Origin: Enterobacteria phage Aplg8
Strand: one strand, 5' to 3'
Length of the DNA: 64,000 nt
Sequence record: NC_054902.1
The notes below the pieces were generated by a model. It was not told where the DNA came from. It made no database searches and saw only the letters and a program-made list of their open reading frames with translations. Every line of letters starts with the position of its first letter. Positions within the stretch are counted from its first letter, which is position 1. This document shows, piece by piece, positions 1 through 17,317 of this stretch. Position numbers and translations under genes: made by a program.

Positions 1-11
1 AGGATTGCATA

Positions 12-671
12 ATGAGTTTACTTAATAATAAAGCGGGAGTTATTTCCCGCTTAGCCGATTTTCTTGGTTTTAGACCTAAAGCTGGTAATATAGATGTAAT
101 GAATCGTCAATCAGTTGGGTCAGTGACAATTTCTCAATTAGCGAAAGGATTTTATGAACCAAACGTAGAATCAGCTATTAATGACGTTCATAATTTTTCT
201 ATAAAAGACGTTGGTACAATTATTACTAATAAAACTGGTGTTTCTCCTGAGGGTGTTTCTCAAACTGATTATTGGGCATTTTCTGGAACGGTAACAGACG
301 ATTCGCTTCCTCCTGGTTCTCCTGTTACTGTATTAGTATTTGGACTTCCAGTTTCAGCAACTACTGGAATGACGGCAATTGAGTTTGTTGCAAAAGTTCG
401 TGTTGCCCTTCAAGAAGCTATTGCGTCATTTACTGCTATCAACTCATATAAAGACCATCCAACGGATGGTAGTAAATTAGAAGTTACTTATTTAGATAAT
501 CAAAAACATGTATTAAGCACATATTCTACATATGGAATAACTATTTCACAGGAAATTATTTCTGAGTCTAAACCTGGCTACGGTACATGGAATTTATTAG
601 GCGCACAAACTGTAACTTTAGATAATCAGCAGACTCCTACAGTACTTTATCATTTTGAGAGAACAGCATGA
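12..671 (+). CDS. 11: baseplate wedge protein gp11 (short tail fibre attachment)
   Basis: 219-aa ORF; TAATG stop/start overlap with the preceding gene at 10-14; directly upstream of the short tail fibre gene; length and position match T4 gp11. Confidence 0.9.
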   Translation: MSLLNNKAGVISRLADFLGFRPKAGNIDVMNRQSVGSVTISQLAKGFYEPNVESAINDVHNFSIKDVGTIITNKTGVSPEGVSQTDYWAFSGTVTDDSLPPGSPVTVLVFGLPVSATTGMTAIEFVAKVRVALQEAIASFTAINSYKDHPTDGSKLEVTYLDNQKHVLSTYSTYGITISQEIISESKPGYGTWNLLGAQTVTLDNQQTPTVLYHFERTA

Positions 672-2251
672 GTAATAATACATATCAACACGTTTCTAAT
701 GAATCTCGTTATGTAAAATTTGATCCAACTGGTACAAATTTTCCGGAAGAGATTACTGATGTTCAGGCTGCTATAGCAGCCATTTCTCCTGCTGGCGTAA
801 ATGGAGTTCCTGATGCATCGTCAACAACAAAGGGAATTTTATTTCTTGCCACTGAACAGGAAGTTATAGATGGAACTAATAATACCAAAGCAGTTACACC
901 GGCAACGTTGGCAACAAGATTATCATATCCAAATGCTACCGAAGAAGTTTATGGACTTACACGTTATTCAACAGACGATGAAGCTGTAGCTGGTGTTAAT
1001 AATGAATCATCTATAACTCCGGCTAAATTTACTACAGCAATTAATCACATTTTTGATACACGAATTTCTTCTGAAAGTTCACTTGGTGTTATTAAGTTAT
1101 CATCTCTACCGCAAGCATTAGCTGGTGCAGATGATACTACTGCAATGACTCCATTAAAAACGCAGCAGTTAGCTATTAAATTAATTGCGCAAATTGCTCC
1201 TTCTGAAACCACAGCTACCGAATCGGACCAAGGTGTTGTTCAATTAGCAACAGTAGCGCAGGTTCGCCAGGGAACTTTAAGAGAAGGCTATGCAATTTCT
1301 CCTTATACGTTTATGAATTCATCTGCTACTGAAGAATATAAAGGCGTAATTAAATTAGGAACACAGTCAGAAGTTAACTCGAATAATGCTTCTGTTGCTG
1401 TTACTGGTGCAACTCTTAATGGTCGTGGTTCTACAACGTCAATGAGAGGCGTAGTTAAATTAACTACAACTGCCGGCTCACAGAGTGGAGGTGATGCTTC
1501 ATCAGCACTAGCTTGGAATGCTGACGTTATCCATCAAAGAGGCGGTCAAACTATTAATGGAACACTCCGCATTAATAACACGCTTACAATAGCTTCAGGT
1601 GGAGCAAATATTATCGGAACAGTTAACATGACCGGTGGTTATATTCAAGGTAAGCGTGTCGTAACACAAAATGAAATTGATAGAACTATTCCTGTCGGAG
1701 CTATTATGATGTGGGCCGCTGATAGTCTTCCTAGTGATGCTTGGCGTTTTTGCCACGGTGGAACTGTTTCAGCATCAGATTGTCCATTATATGCTTCTAG
1801 AATTGGAACAAGATACGGCGGAAGTTCATCAAATCCTGGATTACCTGATATGCGTGGTCTTTTTGTTCGCGGCTCTGGTCGTGGCTCTCACTTAACAAAT
1901 CCAAATGTTAATGGTAATGACCAGTTTGGTAAGCCTAGATTAGGTGTAGGTTGTACTGGTGGATATGTTGGTGAAGTACAGAAACAACAGATGTCTTATC
2001 ATAAACATGCTGGCGGATTTGGTGAGCATGATGATTCTGGAGCATTCGGTAATACCCGTAGATCAAATTTTGTTGGTACACGTAAAGGACTTGACTGGGA
2101 TAACCGTTCATACTTCACCAATGACGGATATGAAATTGACCCGGCATCACAACGAAATTCCAAATATACATTAAATCGTCCTGAATTAATTGGAAATGAA
2201 ACACGTCCATGGAACATTTCTTTAAACTACATAATTAAGGTAAAAGAATGA
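668..2251 (+). CDS. 12: short tail fibre protein gp12
   Basis: 527-aa ORF; N-terminal repeats of the T(x)GxxxLAT/V..VxxG..TxxAVTP type shared with long tail fibre proteins; C-terminal Gly/His-rich receptor-binding region; ATGA overlap with gp11. Confidence 0.92.
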   Translation: MSNNTYQHVSNESRYVKFDPTGTNFPEEITDVQAAIAAISPAGVNGVPDASSTTKGILFLATEQEVIDGTNNTKAVTPATLATRLSYPNATEEVYGLTRYSTDDEAVAGVNNESSITPAKFTTAINHIFDTRISSESSLGVIKLSSLPQALAGADDTTAMTPLKTQQLAIKLIAQIAPSETTATESDQGVVQLATVAQVRQGTLREGYAISPYTFMNSSATEEYKGVIKLGTQSEVNSNNASVAVTGATLNGRGSTTSMRGVVKLTTTAGSQSGGDASSALAWNADVIHQRGGQTINGTLRINNTLTIASGGANIIGTVNMTGGYIQGKRVVTQNEIDRTIPVGAIMMWAADSLPSDAWRFCHGGTVSASDCPLYASRIGTRYGGSSSNPGLPDMRGLFVRGSGRGSHLTNPNVNGNDQFGKPRLGVGCTGGYVGEVQKQQMSYHKHAGGFGEHDDSGAFGNTRRSNFVGTRKGLDWDNRSYFTNDGYEIDPASQRNSKYTLNRPELIGNETRPWNISLNYIIKVKE

Positions 2252-3711
2252 CAGATATTGTACTGAATGACTTACCATTCGTTGACGGCCCTCCTGCGGA
2301 GGGCCAGAGCCGCATTTCCTGGATTAAAAACGGCGAAGAAATATTAGGAGCTGACACACAGTATGGAAGCGAAGGTTCAATGAATAGACCTACAGTTTCT
2401 GTACTAAGAAATGTTGAAGTTCTTGATAAAAACATTGGAATACTTAAAACATCTTTAGAAACCGCAAATAGTGATATTAAAACCATCCAGGGCATCTTAG
2501 ATGTATCTGGTGATATTGAAGCTTTAGCGCAAATAAGTATCAATAAAAAGGATATTTCTGACCTCAAAACGCTAACCAGTGAACATACAGAAATATTAAA
2601 TGGAACTAATAGTACTGTTGACAACATTCTTGCTGATATTGGTCCATTTAACTCCGAGGCCAACTCTGTATACAGAACAATCAGAAATGATTTACTGTGG
2701 ATAAAGCGTGAACTTGGACAATACACTGGTCAAGATATTAATGGTCTTCCTGTTGTAGGAAATCCTAGTAGTGGAATGAAGCATCGCATTATTAATAATA
2801 CTGATGTCATTACTTCACAGGGAATACGTTTAAGTGAATTAGAAACAAAATTTATTGAATCTGATGTAGGTTCTTTGACCATTGAAGTTGGTAATCTTCG
2901 CGAAGAGCTTGGACCGAAACCACCGTCTTTTTCACAGACTGTTTATAGTCGTTTAAATGAAATTGACACTAAACAGACAACAGTTGAGTCTGATATTAGT
3001 GCTATTAAGACCTCAATAGGATATCCAGGAAATAATTCGATTATTACGAGTGTTAATACAAACACTGATAATATTGCATCTATTAATTTAGAGCTAAATC
3101 AAAGTGGAGGTATTAAACAGCGTTTAACCGTTATTGAAACTTCTATTGGTTCAGATGATATTCCTTCGAGTATTAAAGGCCAAATCAAAGATAATACAAC
3201 TTCAATCGAATCTTTAAATGGAATCGTCGGTGAAAACACTTCATCTGGTTTAAGAGCGAATGTTTCGTGGTTAAACCAAATTGTTGGAACTGATTCTAGC
3301 GGTGGACAACCTTCTCCTCCTGGGTCTCTTTTAAACCGAGTTTCTACAATTGAAACTTCTGTTTCAGGCTTGAATAACGATGTTCAAAACCTACAAGTAG
3401 AGATTGGTAATAACAGCACAGGAATTAAAGGACAAGTTGTAGCGTTAAATACTTTAGTAAATGGAACTAATCCAAACGGTTCAACTGTTGAAGAACGCGG
3501 ATTAACCAATTCAATAAAAGCTAACGAAACCAACATTGCATCAGTTACACAAGAAGTGAATACCGCTAAAGGTAGTATATCTTCTCTGCAAGGTGATGTT
3601 CAAGCTCTCCAAGAAGCAGGTTATATTCCTGAAGCTCCAAAAGATGGCCAAGCTTACGTTCGTAAAGACGGCGAATGGGTATTACTTTCTACCTTTTTAT
3701 CACCAGCATAA
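2248..3711 (+). CDS. wac: fibritin (whisker antigen control), coiled-coil with C-terminal foldon
   Basis: 487-aa ORF; heptad-rich coiled-coil segments; C-terminus [27 protein letters not shown] is the foldon trimerisation motif. Confidence 0.95.
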   Translation: MTDIVLNDLPFVDGPPAEGQSRISWIKNGEEILGADTQYGSEGSMNRPTVSVLRNVEVLDKNIGILKTSLETANSDIKTIQGILDVSGDIEALAQISINKKDISDLKTLTSEHTEILNGTNSTVDNILADIGPFNSEANSVYRTIRNDLLWIKRELGQYTGQDINGLPVVGNPSSGMKHRIINNTDVITSQGIRLSELETKFIESDVGSLTIEVGNLREELGPKPPSFSQTVYSRLNEIDTKQTTVESDISAIKTSIGYPGNNSIITSVNTNTDNIASINLELNQSGGIKQRLTVIETSIGSDDIPSSIKGQIKDNTTSIESLNGIVGENTSSGLRANVSWLNQIVGTDSSGGQPSPPGSLLNRVSTIETSVSGLNNDVQNLQVEIGNNSTGIKGQVVALNTLVNGTNPNGSTVEERGLTNSIKANETNIASVTQEVNTAKGSISSLQGDVQALQEAGYIPEAPKDGQAYVRKDGEWVLLSTFLSPA

Positions 3712-3714
3712 CAT

Positions 3715-3730
3715 GGGGCCGCAAGGCCCC
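3715..3730 (+). terminator. GC-rich tetraloop hairpin GGGGCC-GCAA-GGCCCC after wac
   Basis: perfect 6-bp GC stem with GNRA-type loop, 4 nt after the wac stop, followed by T-rich run. Confidence 0.6.
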
Positions 3731-3743
3731 AAAGGATTTTTAA

Positions 3744-5445
<1,702 letters not shown>

Positions 5446-5486
5446 TAAATATTATAAACTAATTAAAGCCCAGATTAGGAGAAATC

Positions 5487-8627
<3,141 letters not shown>

Positions 8628-8655
8628 TATTAAAGCATATTAAAGAGGATTAAAA

Positions 8656-10635
8656 ATGACTTTATTATCTCCGGGCATTGAGCTCAAAGAAACTACGGTT
8701 CAAAGCACCGTGGTTAATAACTCTACTGGTACAGCAGCTTTGGCCGGTAAATTCCAGTGGGGTCCTGCTTTTCAAATTAAACAGGTTACAAATGAAGTAG
8801 ATTTAGTTAATACTTTTGGTCAACCTACAGCTGAAACTGCTGACTATTTTATGTCTGCAATGAATTTCTTACAATACGGAAATGATTTGCGAGTTGTGCG
8901 TGCTGTCGATAGAGATACCGCTAAAAACTCATCTCCGATTGCCGGTAATATTGAATACACTATTTCTACCCCAGGTAGTAACTACGCGGTTGGAGATAAA
9001 ATCACTGTTAAGTATGTTTCAGAAGATGTTGAAACAGAAGGTAAAATTACCGAAGTAGATGCTGATGGAAAAATTAAGAAAATTAATATTCCTACCGCAA
9101 AAATTATCGCTAAAGCGAAAGAAGTAGGCGAATATCCAGCATTAGGTTCTAACTGGACTGCGGAAATTTCTTCGTCTTCCTCTGGTTTAGCTGCAGTAAT
9201 AACTCTTGGAAAAATTATTACTGATTCTGGTATTTTATTAGCTGAAATTGAAAATGCCGAAGCTGCTATGACAGCTGTTGACTTTCAAGCAAATCTCGAA
9301 AAATATGGAATTCCAGGAGTAGTAGCTCTTTATCCAGGCGAGTTGGGCGATAAAATCGAAATTGAAATCGTATCTAAAGCAGACTACGCAAAAGGTGCTT
9401 CTGCATTACTCCCAATTTATCCAGGTGGCGGAACACGCGCATCTACTGCCAAAGCAGTGTTTGGATATGGACCACAAACTGATTCACAATACGCTATTAT
9501 AGTTCGTCGCAATGATGCTATTGTTCAAAGCGTTGTTCTTTCAACGAAGCGTGGTGAAAAAGATATTTACGATAGTAACATCTATATTGATGACTTTTTC
9601 GCAAAAGGTGGTTCAGAATATATTTTCGCAACTGCACAAAACTGGCCAGAAGGCTTCTCTGGAATTTTAACTCTGTCTGGTGGTTTATCATCAAATGCTG
9701 AAGTAACAGCAGGAGATTTGATGGAAGCTTGGGACTTCTTTGCTGACCGTGAATCTGTTGACGTTCAGTTGTTTATTGCGGGTTCTTGTGCCGGTGAATC
9801 TTTAGAAACAGCATCTACTGTCCAAAAACACGTCGTTTCAATTGGGGATGCTCGCCAAGATTGCTTAGTATTGTGCTCACCACCGCGTGAAACTGTAGTT
9901 GGAATTCCTGTAACTCGTGCAGTAGATAATTTAGTTAACTGGAGAACTGCAGCAGGTTCATACACTGATAATAACTTTAATATCAGTTCAACCTACGCAG
10001 CAATTGATGGTAACTACAAGTATCAGTACGACAAATATAATGATGTGAATCGTTGGGTTCCATTAGCAGCTGATATTGCTGGTTTATGCGCAAGAACTGA
10101 TAACGTATCTCAGACTTGGATGTCTCCAGCTGGTTATAATCGTGGCCAGATTCTTAACGTTATTAAACTGGCTATTGAAACTCGCCAGGCTCAGCGCGAC
10201 CGTTTATACCAAGAAGCTATCAACCCGGTAACTGGTACAGGTGGTGATGGTTACGTATTGTATGGTGATAAAACAGCTACTTCTGTTCCTTCTCCATTTG
10301 ATCGTATTAACGTTCGTCGTCTGTTTAATATGTTGAAAACGAACATCGGACGTAGTTCAAAATATCGTTTGTTCGAATTAAACAATGCGTTTACTCGTTC
10401 ATCATTCCGCACAGAAACTGCCCAGTACTTACAGGGAATTAAAGCTCTCGGTGGAATTTATGAATATCGTGTAGTTTGCGATACAACAAATAACACTCCG
10501 TCAGTAATTGATAGAAATGAGTTTGTTGCAACATTCTACATCCAACCGGCTCGTAGTATAAATTATATCCAACTTAATTTCGTCGCAACTGCTACCGGTG
10601 CAGATTTTGATGAGTTAACTGGTCTTGCAGGTTAA
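8656..10635 (+). CDS. 18: tail sheath protein gp18
   Basis: 659-aa ORF; synteny; late promoter upstream. Confidence 0.95.
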   Translation: MTLLSPGIELKETTVQSTVVNNSTGTAALAGKFQWGPAFQIKQVTNEVDLVNTFGQPTAETADYFMSAMNFLQYGNDLRVVRAVDRDTAKNSSPIAGNIEYTISTPGSNYAVGDKITVKYVSEDVETEGKITEVDADGKIKKINIPTAKIIAKAKEVGEYPALGSNWTAEISSSSSGLAAVITLGKIITDSGILLAEIENAEAAMTAVDFQANLEKYGIPGVVALYPGELGDKIEIEIVSKADYAKGASALLPIYPGGGTRASTAKAVFGYGPQTDSQYAIIVRRNDAIVQSVVLSTKRGEKDIYDSNIYIDDFFAKGGSEYIFATAQNWPEGFSGILTLSGGLSSNAEVTAGDLMEAWDFFADRESVDVQLFIAGSCAGESLETASTVQKHVVSIGDARQDCLVLCSPPRETVVGIPVTRAVDNLVNWRTAAGSYTDNNFNISSTYAAIDGNYKYQYDKYNDVNRWVPLAADIAGLCARTDNVSQTWMSPAGYNRGQILNVIKLAIETRQAQRDRLYQEAINPVTGTGGDGYVLYGDKTATSVPSPFDRINVRRLFNMLKTNIGRSSKYRLFELNNAFTRSSFRTETAQYLQGIKALGGIYEYRVVCDTTNNTPSVIDRNEFVATFYIQPARSINYIQLNFVATATGADFDELTGLAG

Positions 10636-10643
10636 TTGATTAT

Positions 10644-10657
10644 GGGGCTTCGGCCCC
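10644..10657 (+). terminator. tetraloop hairpin GGGGC-TTCG-GCCCC after gene 18
   Basis: 5-bp GC stem with UUCG loop, 9 nt after the gene 18 stop; the same RNA hairpin recurs at 20236 and 41271 on the other strand. Confidence 0.6.
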
Positions 10658-10722
10658 TATTCTCGAGGAAACAAGTGATTATTTCTAAGTTTGTTACAAT
10701 AAAACCAAGAAATCATTCAAAA

Positions 10723-11280
10723 ATGTGGTCGACAATTCTGGGATATAAAGTATCATATCATGATACAGTATCTGTTCCAATAGAATTAATGCCAAAGAAT
10801 AGTAATAAAATAGTTGACGCTAAATGTGATTTGTGTGGTACTAAATTTAGTAGAAGCATTCAACTTTTAAATAGAACACCCACACATGCATGTAGAAAAT
10901 GTAGCATTAAACAAGTTGCTATTAAAAATTCGGAAGTTCAATCTGGAATAAGCAGACCATGGCAAAGAGGTGATAAACATCCTCGATGGACTGGCAAAAG
11001 AAAAGAGTTTGCATTATATGCTAGTAGAGTTCATTCTATAACTAAGTCAGCTAAAATAAGAAAAATCTGGTCAAAATGGCCGAATGCTGATAAAATAGGA
11101 ATGTGCGGCGTAGAAGGTGCTTATCAACTCGATCATAAAGTATCTATCAAATATGGATTTGATAATTTAATTCCGCCGGAAATTATAGCAAGTGTAAAAA
11201 ATTTAGAAATAATCACTTGGGAATCTAACCGAGAAAAGTCAAAAAGAAATAGCGTAGATCTTTGGGATTTACTAGAATGA
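10723..11280 (+). CDS. free-standing HNH-family endonuclease with N-terminal CxxC...CxxC zinc ribbon (putative homing endonuclease)
   Basis: ORF 10636..11280 begins with TTG inside the gene 18 terminator hairpin; first plausible ATG is at 10723 (MWSTILGY...). Motifs CDLCG...CRKCS and LDHKVSIKYGFDNL...NLEIITWESNREKSKRN (His-Me finger, H-N-N variant). Confidence 0.7.
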   Translation: MWSTILGYKVSYHDTVSVPIELMPKNSNKIVDAKCDLCGTKFSRSIQLLNRTPTHACRKCSIKQVAIKNSEVQSGISRPWQRGDKHPRWTGKRKEFALYASRVHSITKSAKIRKIWSKWPNADKIGMCGVEGAYQLDHKVSIKYGFDNLIPPEIIASVKNLEIITWESNREKSKRNSVDLWDLLE

Positions 11281-11287
11281 TTCTAAA

Positions 11288-11305
11288 GGCCTGTTTCGGC
11301 AGGCC
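11288..11305 (+). terminator. hairpin GGCCTG-tttcgg-CAGGCC after the HNH ORF
   Basis: 6-bp GC-rich inverted repeat 8 nt after the HNH ORF stop. Confidence 0.45.
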
Positions 11306-11306
11306 A

Positions 11307-11314
11307 TATAAATA
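11307..11314 (+). promoter_or_regulatory. T4-type late promoter TATAAATA (distal, upstream of gene 19)
   Basis: exact octamer. Confidence 0.5.
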
Positions 11315-11365
11315 CACTATATCCTTAATTCTTTAATTCTATATGCCCTAGGTTAAACATAGGGA

Positions 11366-11373
11366 TATAAATA
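11366..11373 (+). promoter_or_regulatory. T4-type late promoter TATAAATA (proximal, upstream of gene 19)
   Basis: exact octamer 15 nt upstream of the gene 19 ATG. Confidence 0.65.
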
Positions 11374-11387
11374 CTACAGAGGCTAAT

Positions 11388-11879
11388 ATGTTTGTAGATG
11401 ATGTAACACGAGCGTTTGAATCTGGTGATTTTGCTCGACCTAACTTATTCCAAGTAGAAATTTCTTATCTTGGACAAAATTTTACGTTTCAATGTAAAGC
11501 CACTGCTTTACCAGCTGGTATTGTAGAAAAAATTCCAGTCGGATTTATGAACCGTAAAATTAACGTAGCAGGCGATCGTACATTCGATGACTGGACTGTT
11601 ACAGTAATGAACGATGAGGCACATGATGCTCGCCAGAAGTTTGTTGATTGGCAAAGCATTGCTGCTGGGCAAGGGAACGAAATTACTGGTGGAAAACCAG
11701 CAGAGTATAAAAAGAGCGCTGTTGTTCGCCAATATGCTCGTGATGCTAAAACTGTAACAAAAGAAGTCGAAATTAAAGGCCTGTGGCCTACTAACGTGGG
11801 TGAACTTCAATTAGATTGGGATTCAAACAATGAAATCCAAACCTTTGAAGTAACTCTTGCTCTCGATTATTGGGAATAA
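11388..11879 (+). CDS. 19: tail tube protein gp19
   Basis: 163-aa ORF; synteny. Confidence 0.93.
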   Translation: MFVDDVTRAFESGDFARPNLFQVEISYLGQNFTFQCKATALPAGIVEKIPVGFMNRKINVAGDRTFDDWTVTVMNDEAHDARQKFVDWQSIAAGQGNEITGGKPAEYKKSAVVRQYARDAKTVTKEVEIKGLWPTNVGELQLDWDSNNEIQTFEVTLALDYWE

Positions 11880-11886
11880 AATGAAT

Positions 11887-11900
11887 GGGGAGAAATCCCC
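11887..11900 (+). terminator. hairpin GGGGA-GAAA-TCCCC after gene 19
   Basis: 5-bp stem with GNRA loop, 8 nt after the stop. Confidence 0.5.
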
Positions 11901-11911
11901 ATCCTGCTTAA

Positions 11912-13536
<1,625 letters not shown>

Positions 13537-13537
<1 letters not shown>

Positions 13538-13782
13538 TGGAAGGTTTAATTGAAGCTATTAAATCAAACGACCTCGTAGCCGCTCGTAAATTATTTGCTG
13601 AAGCCATGGCTGCAAGAACGATTGATTTAATTAAAGAAGAAAAAATCGCTATCGCTCGTAATTTCTTAATCGAAGGTGAAGAACCTGATGACGAGGATGA
13701 TGACGAAGACGAAGACGAAGATAGTGATGATAAAGACGACAAAAAAGACAAAGACTCTGACGAAGACGAGGATGATGAATAA
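13537..13782 (+). CDS. 67: prohead core protein gp67 with poly-acidic C-terminus
   Basis: 81-aa ORF; TAATG overlap with gene 20; C-terminal 35 residues almost entirely D/E. Confidence 0.85.
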
Positions 13783-14207
13783 TGCTTCTGATCCCTGAAA
13801 CTCATGAATTAGTTCTCGAGAATGTCGAAGCACTTATTCCTGAAGCACAGGGTCGCTTTGACGAATTGTCTTCTGCTTTAAATAAAGACGATATAAATAC
13901 AATTGTCGAGAATATGCTTGATGATGAAACTGATTTAGCGGTTGCATTAGCTTCTATTAATGAAAATATGCCGTTAAATGAATTTATCGTTAAACATGTT
14001 TCCGCCCGTGGTGAAATTACTCGCACTAAAGACCGCAAAACGCGTGAACGTAATGCATTTCAAACCACTGGGCTGTCTAAAGCAAAACGTAGACAAATTG
14101 CTCGTAAAGCTACCAAAACGAAGATTGCCAATCCAGCAGGTCAATCTCGTGCTCAGCGTAAGCGTAAAAAAGCTCTTAAACGCCGTAAAGCATTAGGATT
14201 AAGCTAA
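13782..14207 (+). CDS. 68: prohead core protein gp68
   Basis: 141-aa ORF with basic C-terminus; synteny. Confidence 0.85.
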
Positions 14208-14845
14208 TGAATGAACCCCAATTACTAATTGAAACTTGGGGTCAACCTGGCGAAATTATTGATGGCGTGCCAATGCTTGAATCTCATGATGGAAAAGACT
14301 TAGGTTTAAAACCGGGTTTATACATCGAAGGAATATTCATGCAAGCGGAAGTCGTCAATAGAAATAAACGTCTTTATCCAAAACGTATATTAGAAAAAGC
14401 GGTAAAAGACTATATTAATGAGCAAGTTTTAACTAAACAAGCTCTCGGAGAATTAAATCATCCTCCACGCGCTAATGTTGACCCGATGCAAGCCGCTATC
14501 ATTATAGAAGATATGTGGTGGAAAGGAAATGACGTATACGGACGAGCTCGTGTTATTGAAGGTGACCATGGTCCTGGAGATAAATTAGCAGCTAATATTC
14601 GTGCCGGATGGATTCCAGGAGTTTCTTCTCGTGGATTAGGTTCATTGACTGACACAAATAAAGGTTATCGTATCGTAAACGAAGGATTCAAATTAACTGT
14701 AGGTGTTGATGCAGTATGGGGTCCAAGTGCTCCAGATGCATGGGTAACTCCTAAGGAAATTACCGAATCACAGACGGCGGAAGCCGATACAAGTGCCGAT
14801 GACGCCTATATGGCTCTCGCAGAGGCCATGAAAAAAGCGTTATAA
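14207..14845 (+). CDS. 21: prohead core protease gp21
   Basis: 212-aa ORF; ATGA-type overlap with gp68; HK97-like prohead protease fold position. Confidence 0.92.
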   Translation: MNEPQLLIETWGQPGEIIDGVPMLESHDGKDLGLKPGLYIEGIFMQAEVVNRNKRLYPKRILEKAVKDYINEQVLTKQALGELNHPPRANVDPMQAAIIIEDMWWKGNDVYGRARVIEGDHGPGDKLAANIRAGWIPGVSSRGLGSLTDTNKGYRIVNEGFKLTVGVDAVWGPSAPDAWVTPKEITESQTAEADTSADDAYMALAEAMKKAL

Positions 14846-14848
14846 ATA
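14841..14848 (+). promoter_or_regulatory. T4-type late promoter TATAAATA upstream of gene 22
   Basis: exact octamer overlapping the gene 21 stop. Confidence 0.65.
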
Positions 14849-14875
14849 TTATTATCTAAACAACAGGACTACAAA

Positions 14876-15685
14876 ATGCTTAAAGAACAACTGATTGCCG
14901 AAGCGCAGAAAATTGATGCTTCCGTTGCTCTTGATAGTATTTTCGAATCAGTTAATATTTCTCCGGAAGCAAAAGAAACTTTCGGCACTGTATTCGAAGC
15001 TACCGTCAAGCAGCACGCCGTTAAATTAGCTGAATCTCATATCGCTAAAATTGCTGAAAAAGCAGAAGAAGAAGTAGAAAAAAATAAAGAAGAAGCCGAA
15101 GAAAAAGCTGAGAAGAAAATCGCTGAGCAAGCTTCTAAATTCATTGACCATCTTGCGAAAGAATGGCTCGCTGAAAATAAATTAGCAGTTGATAAAGGCA
15201 TCAAAGCCGAACTGTTTGAATCCATGCTTGGTGGATTAAAAGAGCTCTTTGTTGAACACAACGTTGTTGTTCCAGAAGAATCAGTTGATGTTGTAGCTGA
15301 AATGGAAGAAGAGCTGCAAGAACATAAAGAAGAATCAGCTCGTCTGTTCGAAGAACTCAATAAGCGTGACGCATATATCAATTATGTGCAGCGTGAAGTG
15401 GCATTGAGCGAAAGTACTAAAGATCTGACTGAGTCTCAAAAAGAAAAAGTCTCTGCTCTGGTCGAAGGTATGGATTATTCAGATGCATTCTCAAGTAAAT
15501 TGAGTGCCATCGTAGAAATGGTGAAGAAGTCTAATAAAGATGAAAGCACTATTACTGAGGGTATAAATACTCCTGATACTGAAGCAGCCGGACTGAATTT
15601 CGTCACTGAAGCTGTAGAAGATAAAGCTGCACAGGGTGCAGAAGATATTGTAAGTGTATATGCGAAAGTCGCATCTCGTTTCTAA
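14876..15685 (+). CDS. 22: prohead scaffold core protein gp22
   Basis: 269-aa ORF, Glu/Lys/Ala-rich helical protein; synteny. Confidence 0.92.
   Translation: MLKEQLIAEAQKIDASVALDSIFESVNISPEAKETFGTVFEATVKQHAVKLAESHIAKIAEKAEEEVEKNKEEAEEKAEKKIAEQASKFIDHLAKEWLAENKLAVDKGIKAELFESMLGGLKELFVEHNVVVPEESVDVVAEMEEELQEHKEESARLFEELNKRDAYINYVQREVALSESTKDLTESQKEKVSALVEGMDYSDAFSSKLSAIVEMVKKSNKDESTITEGINTPDTEAAGLNFVTEAVEDKAAQGAEDIVSVYAKVASRF
15562..15569 (+). promoter_or_regulatory. candidate late promoter TATAAATA inside the 3' end of gene 22 (for gene 23)
   Basis: exact octamer about 135 nt upstream of the gene 23 ATG; no octamer closer to the start. Confidence 0.45.
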
Positions 15686-15703
15686 TTTTAAAGGTTAACA
15701 CAA

Positions 15704-17269
15704 ATGACTATCAAAACTAAAGCTGAACTTTTGAACAAATGGAAGCCATTACTGGAAGGTGAAGGTTTACCGGAAATTGCTAATAGCAAACAAGCGATTA
15801 TCGCTAAAATCTTTGAAAACCAGGAAAAAGATTTCCAGACAGCTCCGGAATATAAAGACGAAAAAATTGCTCAGGCATTCGGTTCTTTCTTAACAGAAGC
15901 TGAAATCGGTGGTGACCACGGTTACAATGCTACCAACATCGCTGCAGGTCAGACTTCTGGCGCAGTAACTCAGATTGGCCCGGCTGTTATGGGTATGGTA
16001 CGTCGTGCTATTCCTAACCTGATTGCTTTCGATATTTGCGGTGTTCAACCGATGAGCAGCCCAACCGGTCAGGTATTCGCACTCCGCGCGGTATATGGTA
16101 AAGATCCGATCGCTGCCGGTGCTAAAGAAGCATTCCACCCAATGTATGGTCCAGATGCAATGTTCTCTGGTCAGGGTGCTGCTAAGAAATTCCCAGCTCT
16201 GGCTGCTAGCACAGAAACCACAGTAGGTGATATCTATACTCACTTCTTCCAGGACACTGGTACTGTGTATCTGCAAGCTTCTGCTCAAGTAACAATTAGT
16301 GCAAGCGCAACTGATGCAGATAAATTAGATGCTGAAATTAAGAAACAAATGGAAGCTGGTGCACTGGTAGAAATCGCTGAAGGTATGGCTACTTCTATCG
16401 CTGAACTCCAGGAAGGTTTCAATGGTTCTACCGATAACCCATGGAATGAAATGGGCTTCCGTATCGATAAACAAGTTATCGAAGCTAAATCTCGTCAGCT
16501 GAAAGCTGCTTACTCTATCGAATTAGCACAGGACCTCCGCGCTGTTCACGGTATGGATGCTGATGCTGAACTGTCTGGCATTCTGGCTACAGAAATTATG
16601 CTGGAAATCAACCGTGAAGTTGTTGATTGGATTAACTACTCAGCTCAGGTTGGTAAATCTGGTATGACCCTAACTCCGGGTTCTAAAGCTGGTGTATTTG
16701 ACTTCCAGGATCCGATTGATATTCGTGGTGCTCGCTGGGCAGGTGAATCCTTTAAAGCTCTGTTGTTCCAGATTGACAAAGAAGCAGTTGAAATTGCTCG
16801 TCAGACTGGTCGCGGCGAAGGTAACTTCATTATCGCTTCCCGTAACGTAGTTAACGTTCTGGCTTCAGTTGATACTGGCATTTCTTATGCTGCACAGGGT
16901 CTGGCTACCGGCTTTAACACTGATACTACCAAGTCAGTATTTGCTGGTGTTCTGGGTGGTAAATACCGTGTATATATCGACCAGTATGCTAAACAGGATT
17001 ATTTCACTGTAGGTTATAAAGGTCCGAACGAAATGGATGCTGGTATTTACTATGCTCCATATGTAGCTCTGACTCCGCTGCGTGGTTCCGATCCGAAGAA
17101 CTTCCAACCAGTAATGGGATTCAAAACTCGTTACGGTATCGGTATCAACCCATTTGCAGAATCCGCTGCTCAGGCTCCGGCTTCTCGCATCCAGAGCGGT
17201 ATGCCTTCTATTCTGAATAGCCTTGGTAAAAACGCTTACTTCCGCCGTGTATATGTTAAAGGTATCTAA
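15704..17269 (+). CDS. 23: major capsid protein gp23
   Basis: 521-aa ORF; synteny; sequence matches T4 gp23 as I recall it. Confidence 0.97.
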   Translation: MTIKTKAELLNKWKPLLEGEGLPEIANSKQAIIAKIFENQEKDFQTAPEYKDEKIAQAFGSFLTEAEIGGDHGYNATNIAAGQTSGAVTQIGPAVMGMVRRAIPNLIAFDICGVQPMSSPTGQVFALRAVYGKDPIAAGAKEAFHPMYGPDAMFSGQGAAKKFPALAASTETTVGDIYTHFFQDTGTVYLQASAQVTISASATDADKLDAEIKKQMEAGALVEIAEGMATSIAELQEGFNGSTDNPWNEMGFRIDKQVIEAKSRQLKAAYSIELAQDLRAVHGMDADAELSGILATEIMLEINREVVDWINYSAQVGKSGMTLTPGSKAGVFDFQDPIDIRGARWAGESFKALLFQIDKEAVEIARQTGRGEGNFIIASRNVVNVLASVDTGISYAAQGLATGFNTDTTKSVFAGVLGGKYRVYIDQYAKQDYFTVGYKGPNEMDAGIYYAPYVALTPLRGSDPKNFQPVMGFKTRYGIGINPFAESAAQAPASRIQSGMPSILNSLGKNAYFRRVYVKGI

Positions 17270-17282
17270 TCTTTGACGATTT

Positions 17283-17303
17283 AAGGGACCTTCGGGTCCC
17301 TTT
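17283..17303 (+). terminator. hairpin AAGGGACC-TTCG-GGTCCCTT after gene 23
   Basis: 8-bp stem with UUCG loop followed by TTT; 14 nt after the gene 23 stop. Confidence 0.7.
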
Positions 17304-17317
17304 AGTTGTTTTTATGG

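Noticed and set aside
2235-2726. 163-aa minus-strand ORF
   Set aside because: Lies entirely antisense to the 5' part of the fibritin gene, with no promoter or ribosome-binding site context
10636-10722. TTG/ATG starts at 10636/10642 for the HNH ORF
   Set aside because: These codons lie within the gene 18 terminator hairpin (10644-10657) with no Shine-Dalgarno; the ATG at 10723 is preferred but the true start remains uncertain
15037-15381. 114-aa Ser-rich minus-strand ORF
   Set aside because: Antisense to the Glu/Lys-rich scaffold gene 22; compositional artefact
15890-16288. 132-aa minus-strand ORF inside gene 23
   Set aside because: Antisense to the major capsid gene; no independent support
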